Positions 13,757 through 32,099 of a stretch of 64,000 bases of DNA are shown here, in pieces (positions within the stretch are counted from its first letter, which is position 1; each line of letters starts with the position of its first letter). Source of the DNA: Yuukianura sp. NJ FZ-2021 (Eukaryota); assembly GCA_046563655.1 (NCBI GenBank), contig CM102290.1, positions 4,712,001 to 4,776,000 of the forward strand. Direction: 5' to 3'. The position numbers were made by a program, and so were the translations under genes. Under the pieces are notes generated by a model that was given only the letters and a program-made list of their open reading frames with translations, had not been told where the DNA came from and did no database searches.

Positions 13757-15995
13757 TTAGTGAAGCGCGTTGAGAAGGTCGCGAAAGTCGGTCACGTACC
13801 ATTTTGAACTATTTTTCACTTCTTCTCGAAAGACGTTGCCTCCAAATCCTACCAAAACCAACCATAAGTTGTACATTTTTTTTTATTTTTGAAAAAAAGA
13901 TTAGTTATAAATTATTTAAAAAAATTACCAATAAACAGATCTGCAGGCGGAGCGGCTTCGCAGTCTGTCATACCATCTCCAATCATAACGACTGTTTCGT
14001 ATCCGAACTTTTCTTTTAAGTGTTTAATAACTGCGGGTTTTCCACCACTTCGAGAAGTGAACTGAGTTTCGTCAAATCCTGCATATTCACCTATCAAATA
14101 AGCAAAGTTTCATATTTTAGGTTTTACTTTTGCATTTTTATAAATTAAACTTTTACCATCGTAGTAAAACTTGAGTTTATTGGCATAGATTTTGGTTTTG
14201 GGGACGTTGAGGTCACGGGCAAGCGGTTCAATTAGGCTGCGGAAACCACCGGAAATCAGGTACACATCAGTTCCACGCTTATGCAGTTCATGAATAACTT
14301 CCCTGTTGAACCAAAGTTAAGTGTTATGTTGCAGTGTAGAGAGACGCCCTACCGCACGCAACAGCAATTCTGGAAAGCATTTTCCACTGCAAATGCAACA
14401 GTTACAGCCACATTACAGCCACTTGGCAAATGCCGTTATGGCTTGATTTATGGAATTGGCGAATGCTGATAGCGTCTAAAGCGACGAACAATATAATTTT
14501 AAGGCATGTCCGTCATTGCAAAAAAACAAAAAAATTCAGCGTTCGCTAACCAATTGTGAAGGATTTTCTGAATTTAAAAAATGTCAAATCTAGTACGGTC
14601 AGCACTGGCATTGAAAATTTGAAAAGGTCGACAGCGTTTGAAACCACTTGAAAAATTCATGTTTGGAAGTGAAGTGGAACTGAAATTGCGTTAGCATAGT
14701 TATCGTAATCAATGCTCCTGTTAATTCTTGTCAACTACTTGTAAAACTACATGTAAACACTTTGTTCAAACTGAAAATGATCTGACTTGTATACTGCTAC
14801 AACAGTTAATTCGTTGTCCGGATAGCATTGGTAGTGTCGAAGTTGAGAGTTAAGTAACATGACACGCCCATTTTTTAAAAGAAGAAGAGATTCAAGTTGC
14901 GTAAGAGACTTGGAATGACTCGTGATCGTATGTACTATGTGCTATATTTTCAAAAGATATAAAAACCTTCAACATTGGAAGACCGTCGGGTTAAAAGTTT
15001 GCTTTGGCATGTTCCGTTTATGTGTCAACTGTTGCATAAGTCAGTGGCAAATCGGTTGAACTGTTTCCTCATACAATTTAGTTGAAGATTAAAACCCAAG
15101 TGCTTGAGTAGCTAACGCAAGACAAAAATTTAAAAAACTTAAAAATGCATTTTACATGAACCTGCACTGCGTGCTGTTTTTGAAATAAGACGTTTGAACT
15201 CAAAATTGCTAATAAAAATTTGATGCATAGACGTACTTGACGTAAGGAGTTAGAAGTTGCTTCTCTTGCAAAATGTAGTTTCTCAGTTGACTTGCTGTAG
15301 GTCGAATAATGTCCAAGCGAAGGCTCAATGCTTGTCTAAACTCCATTGATCCAACCATAGCTGCCTTTGTTCTAGAAACAAAAATAAAATAAAACTTTAA
15401 AAAATTCTAATTATATCTCATGAATGCGTCATTTCATTTGATTTTTGTGTTGTTTCTGCTACTGTTACAACATAGCATACCTAACTGAAAAAATGGAAAT
15501 GTACAAGTGAACATGTAAAAATCACGACATTGGTAAGTGTAAGTTTAAAGTCCTTAGTATGTCAAGTGGAATTATTATGTAACTTGTAATTTCTAGAAAC
15601 ACTACAAAAAAAATTCTTGTAAAGCAGGATTGAGACGCTACGCATCTTGGACATAACCTTGTTTTCTTTGGTGCGATGCGATTCTGCGTCTTCATTGGGT
15701 TACACGAAAATTTTACAAAAGTTAAAAGCCAGAGGCAGCGGGTGGCTGGAATTTAAGATTTTTACAATTCCAAATGACAATAAAATTGTTTTTAAAGAGT
15801 ACAACTACTGTATGTTCGTGACAAAAATCGGATGTTACTTTAGGTCACTCACAGTTGAGCCACAGCCTCTCCCTTTCCACAAAATTTGGCCAATTCGTCA
15901 ATTCCTTCGTGTTGAACTACTGTTGAATCCACGTCAAAACAAACGGCACGAGCTGCACGCCAAATGGCTTTTGATTCTTCAATCCCATGTGTCAT
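13757..15995 (-). CDS. PSPH: Phosphoserine phosphatase (HAD superfamily), 225 aa from the ATG at 15995
   Basis: Exons 15995-15853, 15371-15237, 14302-14157, 14090-13929, 13848-13757. Motifs VCFDVDSTV, EGIDELA, LISGGF, SGGK, MIGDGMTD, FIGFGGN. Confidence 0.95.
14350..15177. mobile_element. Possible degenerate TIR/foldback element in the longest internal PSPH intron
   Basis: Imperfect inverted ends ACCGCACGCA / TGCGTGCTGT and an internal inverted pair TGCAACAGTT (~14394) / AACTGTTGCA (~15025). The intron (~930 bp) is far longer than the neighbouring 60-80 bp introns. Confidence 0.3.
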
Positions 15996-16759
15996 GGTTG
16001 CTAAGGAACAAGATGGTAGTAGTACTTCTGATTCAAAAGATGTTCTTCGTTTGTTCTGTTTTAGAATGTTGTAGAAGCTGAGGACTCTGATGACGGATGT
16101 CGACCAGGTTCTGAAAAGGAAAGAAATCAGTGTTAGCCTTGGATTTTATAGAAGCTCCACAACCGATTATCACGATGCTTCCAATCTTTCCAAAGTGGTC
16201 CAGAGAGGTTGCATAGACGTTGCAAATTACGATGTGACTACTATTCCATACTTACAAGAGGAGACCAACCTCGAGTTTTTCACCAATCTCTTCGGGAACT
16301 ATATTTTGACTTTTCATTTCTGATTCTGAACCATTGTTTATTCCATTTTCTTGTGCTAAAATCAGTTGCACGTCAAAATTGTCGTAATTTTTCTTGCCGC
16401 AAATTCTTTTTATATGGGTACCTGTAAATAATTTAATACTAAAAATCTGTTATGTACTAATGAGAAGGTACATGTAAGAATTCCGCACATGTAATGGTAT
16501 ATCGGAATTACGAAAACTCTAAAACGAAACTTCCTGAATTCGCAGTATCGGCCGTATCTTAGAAAACAGTTCGATTGTTTCCGAGCATTTGTGTTCAGCA
16601 ATAAAAATCCTAATAACAACAAAATTATTTTACAGTCAACAAAGGGTGAGAAATAAAAAATCAAACTATAGTATAAATGAGTTAAATCGCACACTGGCTT
16701 TGGTATTAATGTTCCAATGAATTGTTATTTTAAATACAAAAGGTTCATTACCTTCTCAT

Positions 16760-17319
16760 CTTTATTGCTATTTGGCTGACGCATTAGCAATAAACGATGC
16801 AGGGTGATGGGACTGTAGGGTCACAACCATACTAGTAACGATGTGATAAAGTATGATACATTGTTCACATTATTTAAAAATGGTAAAGTAATTGTAAAAA
16901 TTAAAACAATCGAATCTAACAAAAATAGAGTTCGCAGAAGAAGTGAGTTGAATTTTTTTTTTGAACGGCGTTTCAGTTGCGGCGGGAAGTGAAATTCAAA
17001 TGCAAGACATCAACAAATCGCCGACAAATTTTAATGCAAAAACTTGCACATGCTGGACGTGGACATGCTACGCTTGTATTTATAAAATAATTGTTTTACA
17101 CGTTTTCCAGTTACTATTAAAGTGATTATTTCTGTCTGATTCAACTACCTTAGGAATTTAAACTTCGTATCGATCCACAGGAACTCTTCGGGTGTACTCT
17201 GGGGAACATGCTTTAAACGGGTTTACGAAGATCATTTGTCACTACTTTGTTAATTTGTTCCATGAAAATCAACTTCAAGTCATTGAAGAATAACGCTTAC
17301 CAGTTGACCTCCTCCTACA
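16760..17319. promoter_or_regulatory. Probable bidirectional promoter region between PSPH and POLR3A
   Basis: Divergent genes with a short spacer. Contains GGCGGGAA (~16981) and a DRE-like TATCGAT (~17168). Promoter function is inferred. Confidence 0.45.
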
Positions 17320-22491
<5,172 letters not shown>

Positions 22492-22798
22492 AACAGTTTT
22501 TCATATTTTGAGAATATATTTTCTAAAATGGACAACAATGGTTTAAAAGCTGATTGAGCGAATTCAGGTTTCTAACTGGATTGGACTACTCTTGAACAGC
22601 TAACAGATGAGATCCGTGTAATCAGTGTATCTGTGACGCCATTCTACTACTTAGATAAGATTTGTGTCAAAAGCGTCTGAATTTGTTTTAGCATTTTTGC
22701 ACTTTGATTTTGGAGAAGTGATAGGGAAAATCTCTTGTCCTCGAACTTCCTCATTGAAATTAGTTTTTATTACGACGAATGAATTATTACTATAATCC

Positions 22799-23587
22799 AT
22801 GGATTTGGTTGGTAAAAATGGACGAAAATTTTCGTAAGTTATCACACAAATGCCAAAATAATCTTTTCAGAGTGTTTTCCTCTTGTATTGAAATCTAATT
22901 TCTAATATATTTTTTAAAGGAAGCTTGGAGAAAGCTTGTATAAGGAGCTAGAACTATCCAAAGGTGCTACTGATTCAGAAATCAATCGTCAGTACAGAAA
23001 ACTTGCTCTACGCTATCACCCTGACAAAAATGTTTCCTCTGGAATCGACACCGTTGAAAAGGTCAGTGAAACTTATCATCTACAATACTTGGATCTTGCT
23101 AAATCAACACCCAATTTTCGTTTTGTTTCACTTTTCAGTTTAAAGATATCAACCGAGCACACAAAATCCTGATTGATCCTGAGAAACGAAAAATTTACGA
23201 CACTAGAGGTTCGTTTGGACTGTTTTTAGCTGAAACTGTTGGAAAAGAATTCGTCGGATTGTATTCAGTTCTGTCGACATGGTGGTGCCAAGGTTTGGTT
23301 TGTCTTGGCGGGATCCTGACTGGATGTTACTGCTGCCTGTGCTGTTGTTGCTGTTGTGGAAAATGCGTCCCGCCTGAAGAGGAAGACGTAAGGCACAAGA
23401 CCCCGTTCTGTTACGCATCAGTATTTCCGATTACTTCTAATCCTACTTTCTAAAATTTCAGATTCCGGATCCCGAAATGCTGGAGAGAGAAAATGAAGAA
23501 TGGAATGGAGCGTATGTAACTCGGCAACCCACCCCCAGGAACAGCGATGTTTTCGTAATTCCAATGCCAGAACCAGTAGACGAATAG
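22799..23587 (+). CDS. DNAJC5: Cysteine string protein (DnaJ subfamily C member 5-like), ~183 aa
   Basis: Exons 22799-22833, 22920-23061, 23139-23387, 23462-23587. J domain with [13 protein letters not shown], cysteine string [16 protein letters not shown]-terminal RKFS site. Confidence 0.9.
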
Positions 23588-24061
23588 TTAATTGTACGCA
23601 TGCCGAACCAACGTTCGTCGCAATACGCAACTAAAAGCAAATCTGCAGCTCAAACATTAAGATTGTTTAAAATATAAAAACATAAGTGCCTGTATTATAT
23701 GACATTTTCCAACTCGATTAGAACGCTAAATATACAAATTATTCAACAAGCCATGTACTATTTCTAGTTACTCATTTAAGTGACTCGGATGAATCCTAGG
23801 TTACATTATTAATGTAAGTATTACAAACCCTTTGATATTCAAAGATTACAAAATCCTGGAATAAAAGATGACAACTCCACATGCCTTGCAACTTGTGGTC
23901 AAGTCAGCTTCGCTTAAAAGTAACACTTACTGTAAAGTTTCGGAGGAATGAAAGTAGAAAGCGACATTACGGTAAGTATTCCAAAGTACAAAAAATGAAA
24001 CATTTCAGACATTATATAGCTTTAGACGCGAGGTTTGAGCTGCATATAAACAAAATTGACA

Positions 24062-24124
24062 TATTGGAAGATTGTTTGGGAAGTTATTGGAAGACATTGG
24101 AAGATACTATGACATGGGAAGACA
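24062..24124. repeat. Short degenerate tandem repeat (ATTGGAAGA-like, ~4-5 copies)
   Basis: TATTGGAAGA / TTTGGGAAGT / TATTGGAAGA / CATTGGAAGA / CATGGGAAGA are visible directly. Confidence 0.5.
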
Positions 24125-24319
24125 TAAACAATCGCCGATAGTTATAGCTTAATCTTAGTTTCATCACATAGATACCGCCAGATTCTTCTATACTACTGAT
24201 TTAATCGCTGGTGTTCTGGATGGTAGACTGCTTTGGCATTGAAGTGGAACCACCGTGCATATTGGCTAGAAGCCCTGAAGTGAGCGAAGAGTTTAAGTTG
24301 CTGATGAGGGATCGTTTTG

Positions 24320-27191
24320 CTAGTGATAGTTGAATGAACCGGTAGCAGTTGTAGAGGTGCTTGAAGCAGAAGTGTGTGTCTTCATTCTCTGCTGAACGTT
24401 GACTTTATCCACTGCCGGATTCATATTTTCCTTTTCTCCCTGAGAAAAGCCGTATGATTAACATCGTATAAGCGCCATGTTGTTATCTATTACAAAATAT
24501 AGTAACGAGATAATGGTCTTACATATTCACGACTGGCCTGAAGCAATCCGAATAACCCAACCATGCCTGACCGTTGATCTTCATCCTGCAAATAACGTCA
24601 ATGTTAGTAGATTTGAAGCCAGCAGTTTCAAACTCAAACTAGGTCGGTAATTAGTACTGGTAAGTAAGACATACCTTGTCGGATTTCTCAGACCCAAATA
24701 TTCTTTGCTTCAAGGACTTCTTTTTCTGCTTCGCCAGCACCAGTTGATCACTGAGTTTAGCGCTAATTTCGGTTAGTCTACATAGCTCATCTTGGAGTCC
24801 GAGGTAGCGCAAAGTAGCTTTCTTCTCCGACGTTCTATGAGCGGCCTCTGCGTTCTTTACTCTAAATCAAACAAAATGGAAAGATAACAGTCGTTAAGTA
24901 TTATTTATACAACGTAAATCCAGTAACCAGTACTTACGCTTGGCGTAGCTCTTCGCGCTCGTCCTGGGCCAACTTCAACTCACGCTGAAACCGATCCGCC
25001 TTCGATTCAGCAATTGAAAGCTGTAAAAGACACAACGGCAAGAAATAACAATTACTGAGCAATGAGTATATAAAAATATAACTTAATTGATTCACCGCAT
25101 AATGATCAGCTGAATACTCCCCGCGGAGTTTTTTAATTGTAGAGTTAGACATGTCCAATTCCCGCTTCAAAACGTCCATTTCTCGACATAACTCTGTCAA
25201 CTTATGTATTTCATGTTCGCAATTCTTGAGCTTCATTTTTGCTTCTCTTTGCTGTGTCGTCAGTACGCTGATGTTTGATCTGAGTGACTCATTTTCGGCA
25301 ATGACCTTGCTCGTTTCAGTACGTAACTTGGACAAATCGTTCCTGGAGGCCTCAAGCTTTTCGTCTTTGCTTTGACTAAAAACGAGACATATGGGGTAAA
25401 ATTAGACTTGCTTTATCGTATACTGGTTCCTTGTCTGAGGCAGTAATCGTACCTGTCCAACTGCAGGCTCTCCAGTTTAGCAGATTTATCTTCTAGTTCT
25501 TTCTCTAGCTCTCCGACCATCTCCTCGAAGAGTAATGCCGCCTCCTTTAGTCGTACATTAGTCTACAAAAAAGGAGTCATCATTAAATTTGAATCACTTG
25601 CGCTGAGCTTTGTTCTCTCTGTAGCTTTGATCTCTGAGTAGAGCCACTCACAATATGCTGCTGATCCAACTGTCGCTTCATTTTATCCATTTCATCGTTT
25701 AGTTGTGCGAGTCCTTGTTCCATTTCCGCAATAGCTTTGTTTTTTTCCGTGAGTGTTTCTGACAACAAACTGTGCTTTTCCAGATCTATATGAATCAGAG
25801 ACTTAAGCAATGCTGTCAACGTATATTTTTAAATTGTTTGGCGGTGCTCTACTCACCCAACTTTACTTTCCTAAGTTCCTCATCTTTTTCAGCTAAGGCT
25901 TCCTTCAGTTGTCGTATTTCCCCTCTGTTGGTCTGACGAATCAACCGTAGTCTGGATTGCTGCTCTTCCAAACTGGTCCTTAGGCTCTCAACAAGTGAAA
26001 CATGTTTGTCTAATTCAAATTGCAATTTCTCTGGTGATCCACGCTGACATCCCGTTCTTGGGGAATGTTCAAGTATAACTTCCTTCGATGCTTCTGTAGA
26101 TGCCTCATGTGAAACGACAACAAGTTCGGCCTTTGTATTGATAGCAGCTCCCGGGTCAACCTCCAATCCTACTTCAGTCTGACAAGCGATGTCGCAGTAA
26201 GCGGTTTTCTTTGGTGAAGATTCAGTGTGTAAGTCATCTCCTCCAGAGACTGCAGAGTTCATCTATTGCAATACAAGAACAAACACAATTATATTTAGGT
26301 TTTCACTCTTGCCTAACCCAAGCTAAAACTTAATGCAGTATGAATGTACCCGGGATGTAAGATCTTCAATTCTCGAAAGAAGATCGCTCTTCTCTTCTTC
26401 AAGGGATTTGATTTTAATTTTTGATATCTTCGCGTCTTGTTCCTGTTTCTTGGCTTCAAAATTGTTGTTGTCAGCAATTACTTGTATTTGTAATACTCTG
26501 TTGTTCAGAGCAGAGTTTTCACTCTGCAGTTCCTGGTTACGTTTGACTATCTTTGTTATTGAGAGGCTCAGTTCTTCGATGTCAGAGTCATGCACTTGCG
26601 ACACTTCAGTAAGTGTTTTCAGAAGTCCCTCTCTCCCCTGCCTGGAATGTTCGAGGTCAGCTCGTAATTGTTCAATTTCTTCGAACTTCGCTGCCAGAAT
26701 AGCCTCGTTTTGCTCAAGCGACGTCTTCAGATATTTGACTTCCTCTTCGTGGTCTGTCTTTATCCACTGAATGCGTCGCTCATACGTCGTTCGAATGGAG
26801 TCCAACTCATCTCCGAATGAAGTTAGGCTGTTACGAAGTTCCTAAAAGAATATCCAACATTAGTTAAATCAACAGATAAACAAAACTACATAAATCAAAG
26901 ACTGCCCAGTCAGCAACTTACCTTCTTATGGCGAGTTTGAAGGTCTTCAAAATCGGATTTACTCTTTTCGTTAGAGTTCTCCTTCGTTACAGCCTTATCA
27001 GTGTTCAGAGTTTCTGTACCTTCTTGAACCTTGCTAACTTGTGTAGTTTCTGCATGTTTTGAATGTATTCTAGAATTACCATCTACAACAGTATCAACCG
27101 GACGAAAGCTCTTTGAAGTACAAGGACGAGGGGAACGTCCCGCGTCAACCCTGCATGTAATGTATGAATATTTTCCTCGTCCGCGCTTCAT
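24320..27191 (-). CDS. Long coiled-coil protein of unknown function (multi-exon)
   Basis: Chain of minus-strand ORFs (26910-27191, 26323-26805, 25849-26262, 25583-25819, 24934-25335) and further exons to a TAG at 24320-24322. Rich in E/K/L/Q heptads, separated by short GT-AG introns. Start codon uncertain. Confidence 0.75.
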
Positions 27192-28187
27192 GACTACGAC
27201 GTAATTTGAACTTCTTCGTGCTTCGTAGGCCTTCCTTCACAAGTGTAACGTCAACAAGCGTTGGGCTGAAGATTACGGAGAACTTAGATTCCCTAGACAA
27301 TTTGGACTTGGACCGCCAATCCGTTTAGACAGGTCTAGGAATACCACAGGCACAAAGAATTAATGAATAATCCTACACTGAATGGCATAACCTTGACGTT
27401 TCATCTACCGGCTTATACCCGACGCATGACATAGACAACCTATCATTAAATATCTGAACAACTCACCTCAGCTAGTGACCAAAACCAAGTAATCAAAACG
27501 GAAACGGACTAAGCGGAGAGAATATCATCTGGACTACTATTGGCAGGTGAAAGGTGATGAAGAGATCGTTGAATAAAACCTTGATATCGCTCAACGAAAC
27601 TTCACAGTGAAGTCATCGCTGATGAAATAAATAACGTTACTTTGCTGTTATTTAAAGTTATCGGTAATTGACGAAACTTCACATTAAAGTAAATAAAGTA
27701 AAGTAAAAAATAAAAATCCGGCTGTCAAAATAAAATAAAAACAAAAAGAATTTAAGTTAGCAGCGGTTGCGGGTAATAAGAGGACCGGGCGGGAGCGGGT
27801 GTACAGTTTTCAAATTCTCACAAATTCCGCCGTTGTTTTCTGAACTTGACGCCGAACAACCCACTAACCGAACTAAACTTTACGTTCTCATGATCATTAT
27901 TGCGCTACTAACATAACTGCTCTTTAATTAACCTAAATGTCATGGCGGTTTACCGCCTGCAGTTCCTACGCACGAAACATTTTTATACCTTGATGGGGTC
28001 AATATTTTGTACTCACCTTAGCGTACGTATTTGTTTAATTTTTATTGTTGTCATTTGTCACCGAAGTTGTTAAAAACGTGAATTCACATTTCGTAAGTGT
28101 TTCGCAGCAGTAAAAGATTAGCTACTAACTTGATTGCGATTTAACAGTCCGAACAGTACCAAGCGGGACGCAGGAGCAGAAGGGTAT

Positions 28188-31067
28188 TCATTGAAACTTC
28201 CATCTATCACATCTGGGGCACTGGATATTGTTGTTCATACATTTGTTATGATAGACTGCTCCACAGCTCGAGCACTAAAACACAATTTGATTCGTTTCAA
28301 GGGGAGTTAGATTTCGGTCAGTGCTTCAAACGAGTTCTATTCTTACCCGAAAAATACGGTCCAGTTCAAACGGAAAAATCACTTCGGCATCACGACAAAT
28401 TTCGCAAATGAAGCCTTTTTGTCGGCAAATTGCACAAGCCTTGATATGTACTTCACCGGTGGAGACCAATTTGGCTACTGCTGTTATTAACTGTCGATTG
28501 GGGATGTTGACTAAATCCTACAGGCAATGAATCAGAAAGCAATTGAATATGTAAGTGACATAAAGAAATTGTTTCAATTAATTCGGAAGTACTGTTCGTG
28601 GTTACGGAAAGTGAGTAGCTGTGCAGTTCTTGGTAGATATGTTCCTTCATCCAAAATTCCTTGGTTAGTAATTCTTGTAGTAGAGAGTCCTTGCAGGTCA
28701 ACAAGTAAATTGCTACAGTATTAAGTTGCGTTCTCAGCTTCTGCAAAGAAAAAGAATAAGGTAAGTAAATCAAATCAACCGTAGAGCGAACTGTCCAGTA
28801 AGAAAAAAAGACTCACTAAAATCTCTCCACATTCCTCAACTTCTAGGTAAAGTTTGGAATTGATTTTGTTCAAATCAAAAATCGGTTTGTCGGAAATATC
28901 ATTCAGAAATTGTCTCGCCTTTCGGGAAACATTGAACCGGGTAAAGTCCCAATTCATAAGAATTCGCGATGGAATAACAGATTCATCGTTTAAATGGCAG
29001 TCACCACAGTAGTAGTTTCCAGAAAATCCACAAACTCTAGAAACAAGAAGTTGCAAATCATGAATTTTGAAGCATTACTCATGACACGACAGTTTACGTT
29101 CTGATTTCCAGTAAAGTTACCTTGCTGCACCATAAAGCATACCAATTGGTCTGTTACATTCCTTACATCTGTAATTTTGAGCATCGAGTCCAGTTTCGTT
29201 CGGAATTGTCTGAATTCTGGTTTGCATCACCATAGGCTACAACATCAATAATTAAAGTTCAGCTTTAGCTTTGAAATCAATTGAAATCTGCAATTTAGGA
29301 ACTTATGATGTCTCACAAAGTCAAACGATTCTGGATTAATGTCGTCTGCAGAAGCCTTTCTATCTGACAAATTCGGCACCACCTCAAAGTCAAAATCGCT
29401 TGCAGTGCTGCTACCCTGAAACAAAATTAAACAGTGTTTTTAAAATTGTTGCTCGCATTGCTTAGAATTATTATACACGTTAATAGTAAACAGACGTCGT
29501 CGATTGAGGTCACTGGAATAATGGCACAGATCTCAACTAGCTCAATCTCTTCTACTTCTGTAACCATTGTTCTCATCATTGTACGCTTAATATTTTTTCT
29601 TCTTGTAATTTGGCAGCCGAGATATAATTTTAGACAACTAAAAGTACTAAAAAATAATTCATTAAAGCGGAAGGCGCTTACTCTGTGGTTCACTGGAGCA
29701 CCCGAGTGAATGGACGGTTCAGAGGAAGCGGAAATTGTGGTTTGAGCCCGAGTTTCACTTGGTCGGGATGGAAGAAAAGAGGCACTTTGAAGGAAACTTC
29801 CAATTGTAATTGGAGATCCCACACCAATCGGTGTGCCGATTACACTGCCAGTGCCCGATCGACTATAACTTTCGAACAGAGCGGCATAGCTACCTTCCTC
29901 CTCCTGAGGAGTAATCGCAGCAGGAGAAATCGGAATTGCACCTTGTACTGTTTTCTCTTCACAACGATCTTCGTTACTGAAGTTCGCTTTCTCAACTTCG
30001 TTAAGTTCTGGAGTTCCATAAGGAATATGTCTACCGCCGTTTGAAGCACCTTTAACAAGACTGTGACCTTGACCATCATCAGTGTGTCTTCGAATTAGTG
30101 AATCGGATGAAGTTGTTGGAAGGTAGGAACCGGGGATACCGAATTTGTCGACTCCATTTCCACGGTCAGGAGGCACGGCCGAATGAACTCCGCAAAACAT
30201 TCTTTGTGACAATTCTGATTCTGAATTCCTTCGGCTGGAAGAAGAGGGGCTGGATTTAGTAGCAGAGGAAGATGGACCTCTTGACGATAAAATAAGTCTC
30301 AAGGCTTCGTCTTCTTCTAGCAACGGAGCTCTTCCAAACCCAGAATCATAAGGCAATTGGGCGTAACTCGGAGGCGAATTTGATTGGAGCTTTAGATTTG
30401 GGAGTGCTTGCAAATCCTTGGCCTCCATATTTTCTGCAACGTCAACCCCTTGAGTAATTGTTTCTGGAGGTGTCCTCAAGCCAACCAGGCTCAACGGAGC
30501 GTTATTCCAAGAATTAAGAAGACTCGAGTTGCATGCAAGTTGAAAGTTGTAAGACTCAATTCCATACAGATAGCTTTTTGCAAGATCACATCGTTCTGTG
30601 TCCCTCAGGAAAGCACTTGGTTTGTAATACTCCTTCAACGTCTTTTTGTCAGTGAGGATCAGCTGAATGTAACTTATGAGAAGACCGTCATTGAGGACAA
30701 TGCGTACCCACGCACGACATCTTCCAATATCCGTGTTGATAAGGCGTAAGGCGTTGATTTGAAGAATGACATCCTGATGGCAGAAGATTAAAATAAACTC
30801 CCAAAAAGAGGGCTGTGGGACTTGATTTTCCTTAGCAGCGTTGAGAACTGACGACATTGATTTCAAAAATGGATTTTTGAGTCCATGGATGAACATAGCT
30901 TCCAAGCAGAAGCAAAGAGAATTTGTAGCTTCGTCGTTTACCAGTGAGTCGCTTCGTTCAGCCACATATTTGAGTTGCAGTTCTTTAACGCAGTCTACCA
31001 GCGTTTGAATCAGATTGGCTTTCACAAATCCTTCACGATCCAGCCCCAGTTTGAGCAACCGCGCCAT
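28188..31067 (-). CDS. PLEKHM1: PLEKHM1-like protein: N-terminal RUN domain and C-terminal Rubicon-homology (DUF4206/zf-RING_9) domain
   Basis: RUN motifs LCFCLEAMFIHGL and GRCRAWVRIVLN. RH motifs GLDAQNYRCKEC, YYCGDCH, IPSRILMNWDF, GFICEIC, CSSCGAVYHNKC..CPRC. Stop at 28188-28190. Confidence 0.88.
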
Positions 31068-32099
31068 TGTTGGTAAGTTCCCTTAAAACAAAAGATTCAT
31101 GCGGTAACACAACTTTTATACAAGTAGCAATTGTACTAATTGGTAGAAAGTAAGTAAAGGAGAATATGCTTGCCGAGCTCTTCAATAGTTTGACTTACCT
31201 AAAGTTCCACAACTGCCTTCAAAGTCCAAACTTCATTAGTACAAAACGTTCACGCTGATGTAGCTAAGATGTAGTTTAGTTAAGTTAATGATAAGTGTAG
31301 CTAAGGCAGGTGAAGCATGTAATGAGATTCATGTCTTGCAAATTCCAGTTTCGTATGTTAAATCGTCCATGCTGAAACAAGGTAAAAAAAATTAAACAAT
31401 AGCTTGATTTCACTAACTACACAAAAAAAAGTAATCAAGTAATCTGTACAGTTGTTTGCAGTAGTCTTCCTTTTTTTTTAAGTTGAAAAATTAAGTGTAC
31501 ATGAATTAGGTAACAATTTAGAACTTATTGCTTACCTTCAGCAATTTTGGACATCAGCGAACACCAAAAACCAAAAATGGCTTATTCCCTAATTTAGCAG
31601 AACCTAGTTTGGATAACAATAAATTAAAGAGAGTCAAACCCAATTAATTAATCGTATAACTTTGAGGTCAAGGAAATAGAGCAGCTGAATCCTGATGATC
31701 AGCTGATTTTACATTTGTGTTTTCCCTGTTCCCTCCTTCACAAAGCAAGCGTAGCGAGGTTCAACGCATTCCATTCTTTTCCTCAGTTTTCCCAGGATTT
31801 CTTAATGAAAACAATTCCAAAAAATGGAACGGAAATCACTGATGACTCACTCATTGCAAACATTGATGAAACTAAAATTACCAATAGCACATGTTACATG
31901 CTTTTCTTCAAGTATCCTCGCCTTCAGTATTAAGTACTACTTGTCAACATACAGATTTCTCCTCTGGCATACAGTCCAAATGATTTTTACAAAAATGCGT
32001 TCTCTTCTAACATAAACGCTACTTTAAAACGAAATAAATTTTGCTGAATATAAATAAAAATTTATTTAGTAGAACTGTAGTTAACGCAGTCGTCATCAA

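Noticed and set aside
29427..29681. C-terminal part of the 546-aa ORF
   Set aside because: Read-through into an intron after the GTAAGC donor at 29681; the RH-domain exons follow downstream.
26333..30749. Plus-strand ORFs (26333-26770, 29685-30044, 30408-30749) as antisense genes
   Set aside because: They are shadows of the real minus-strand coding exons.
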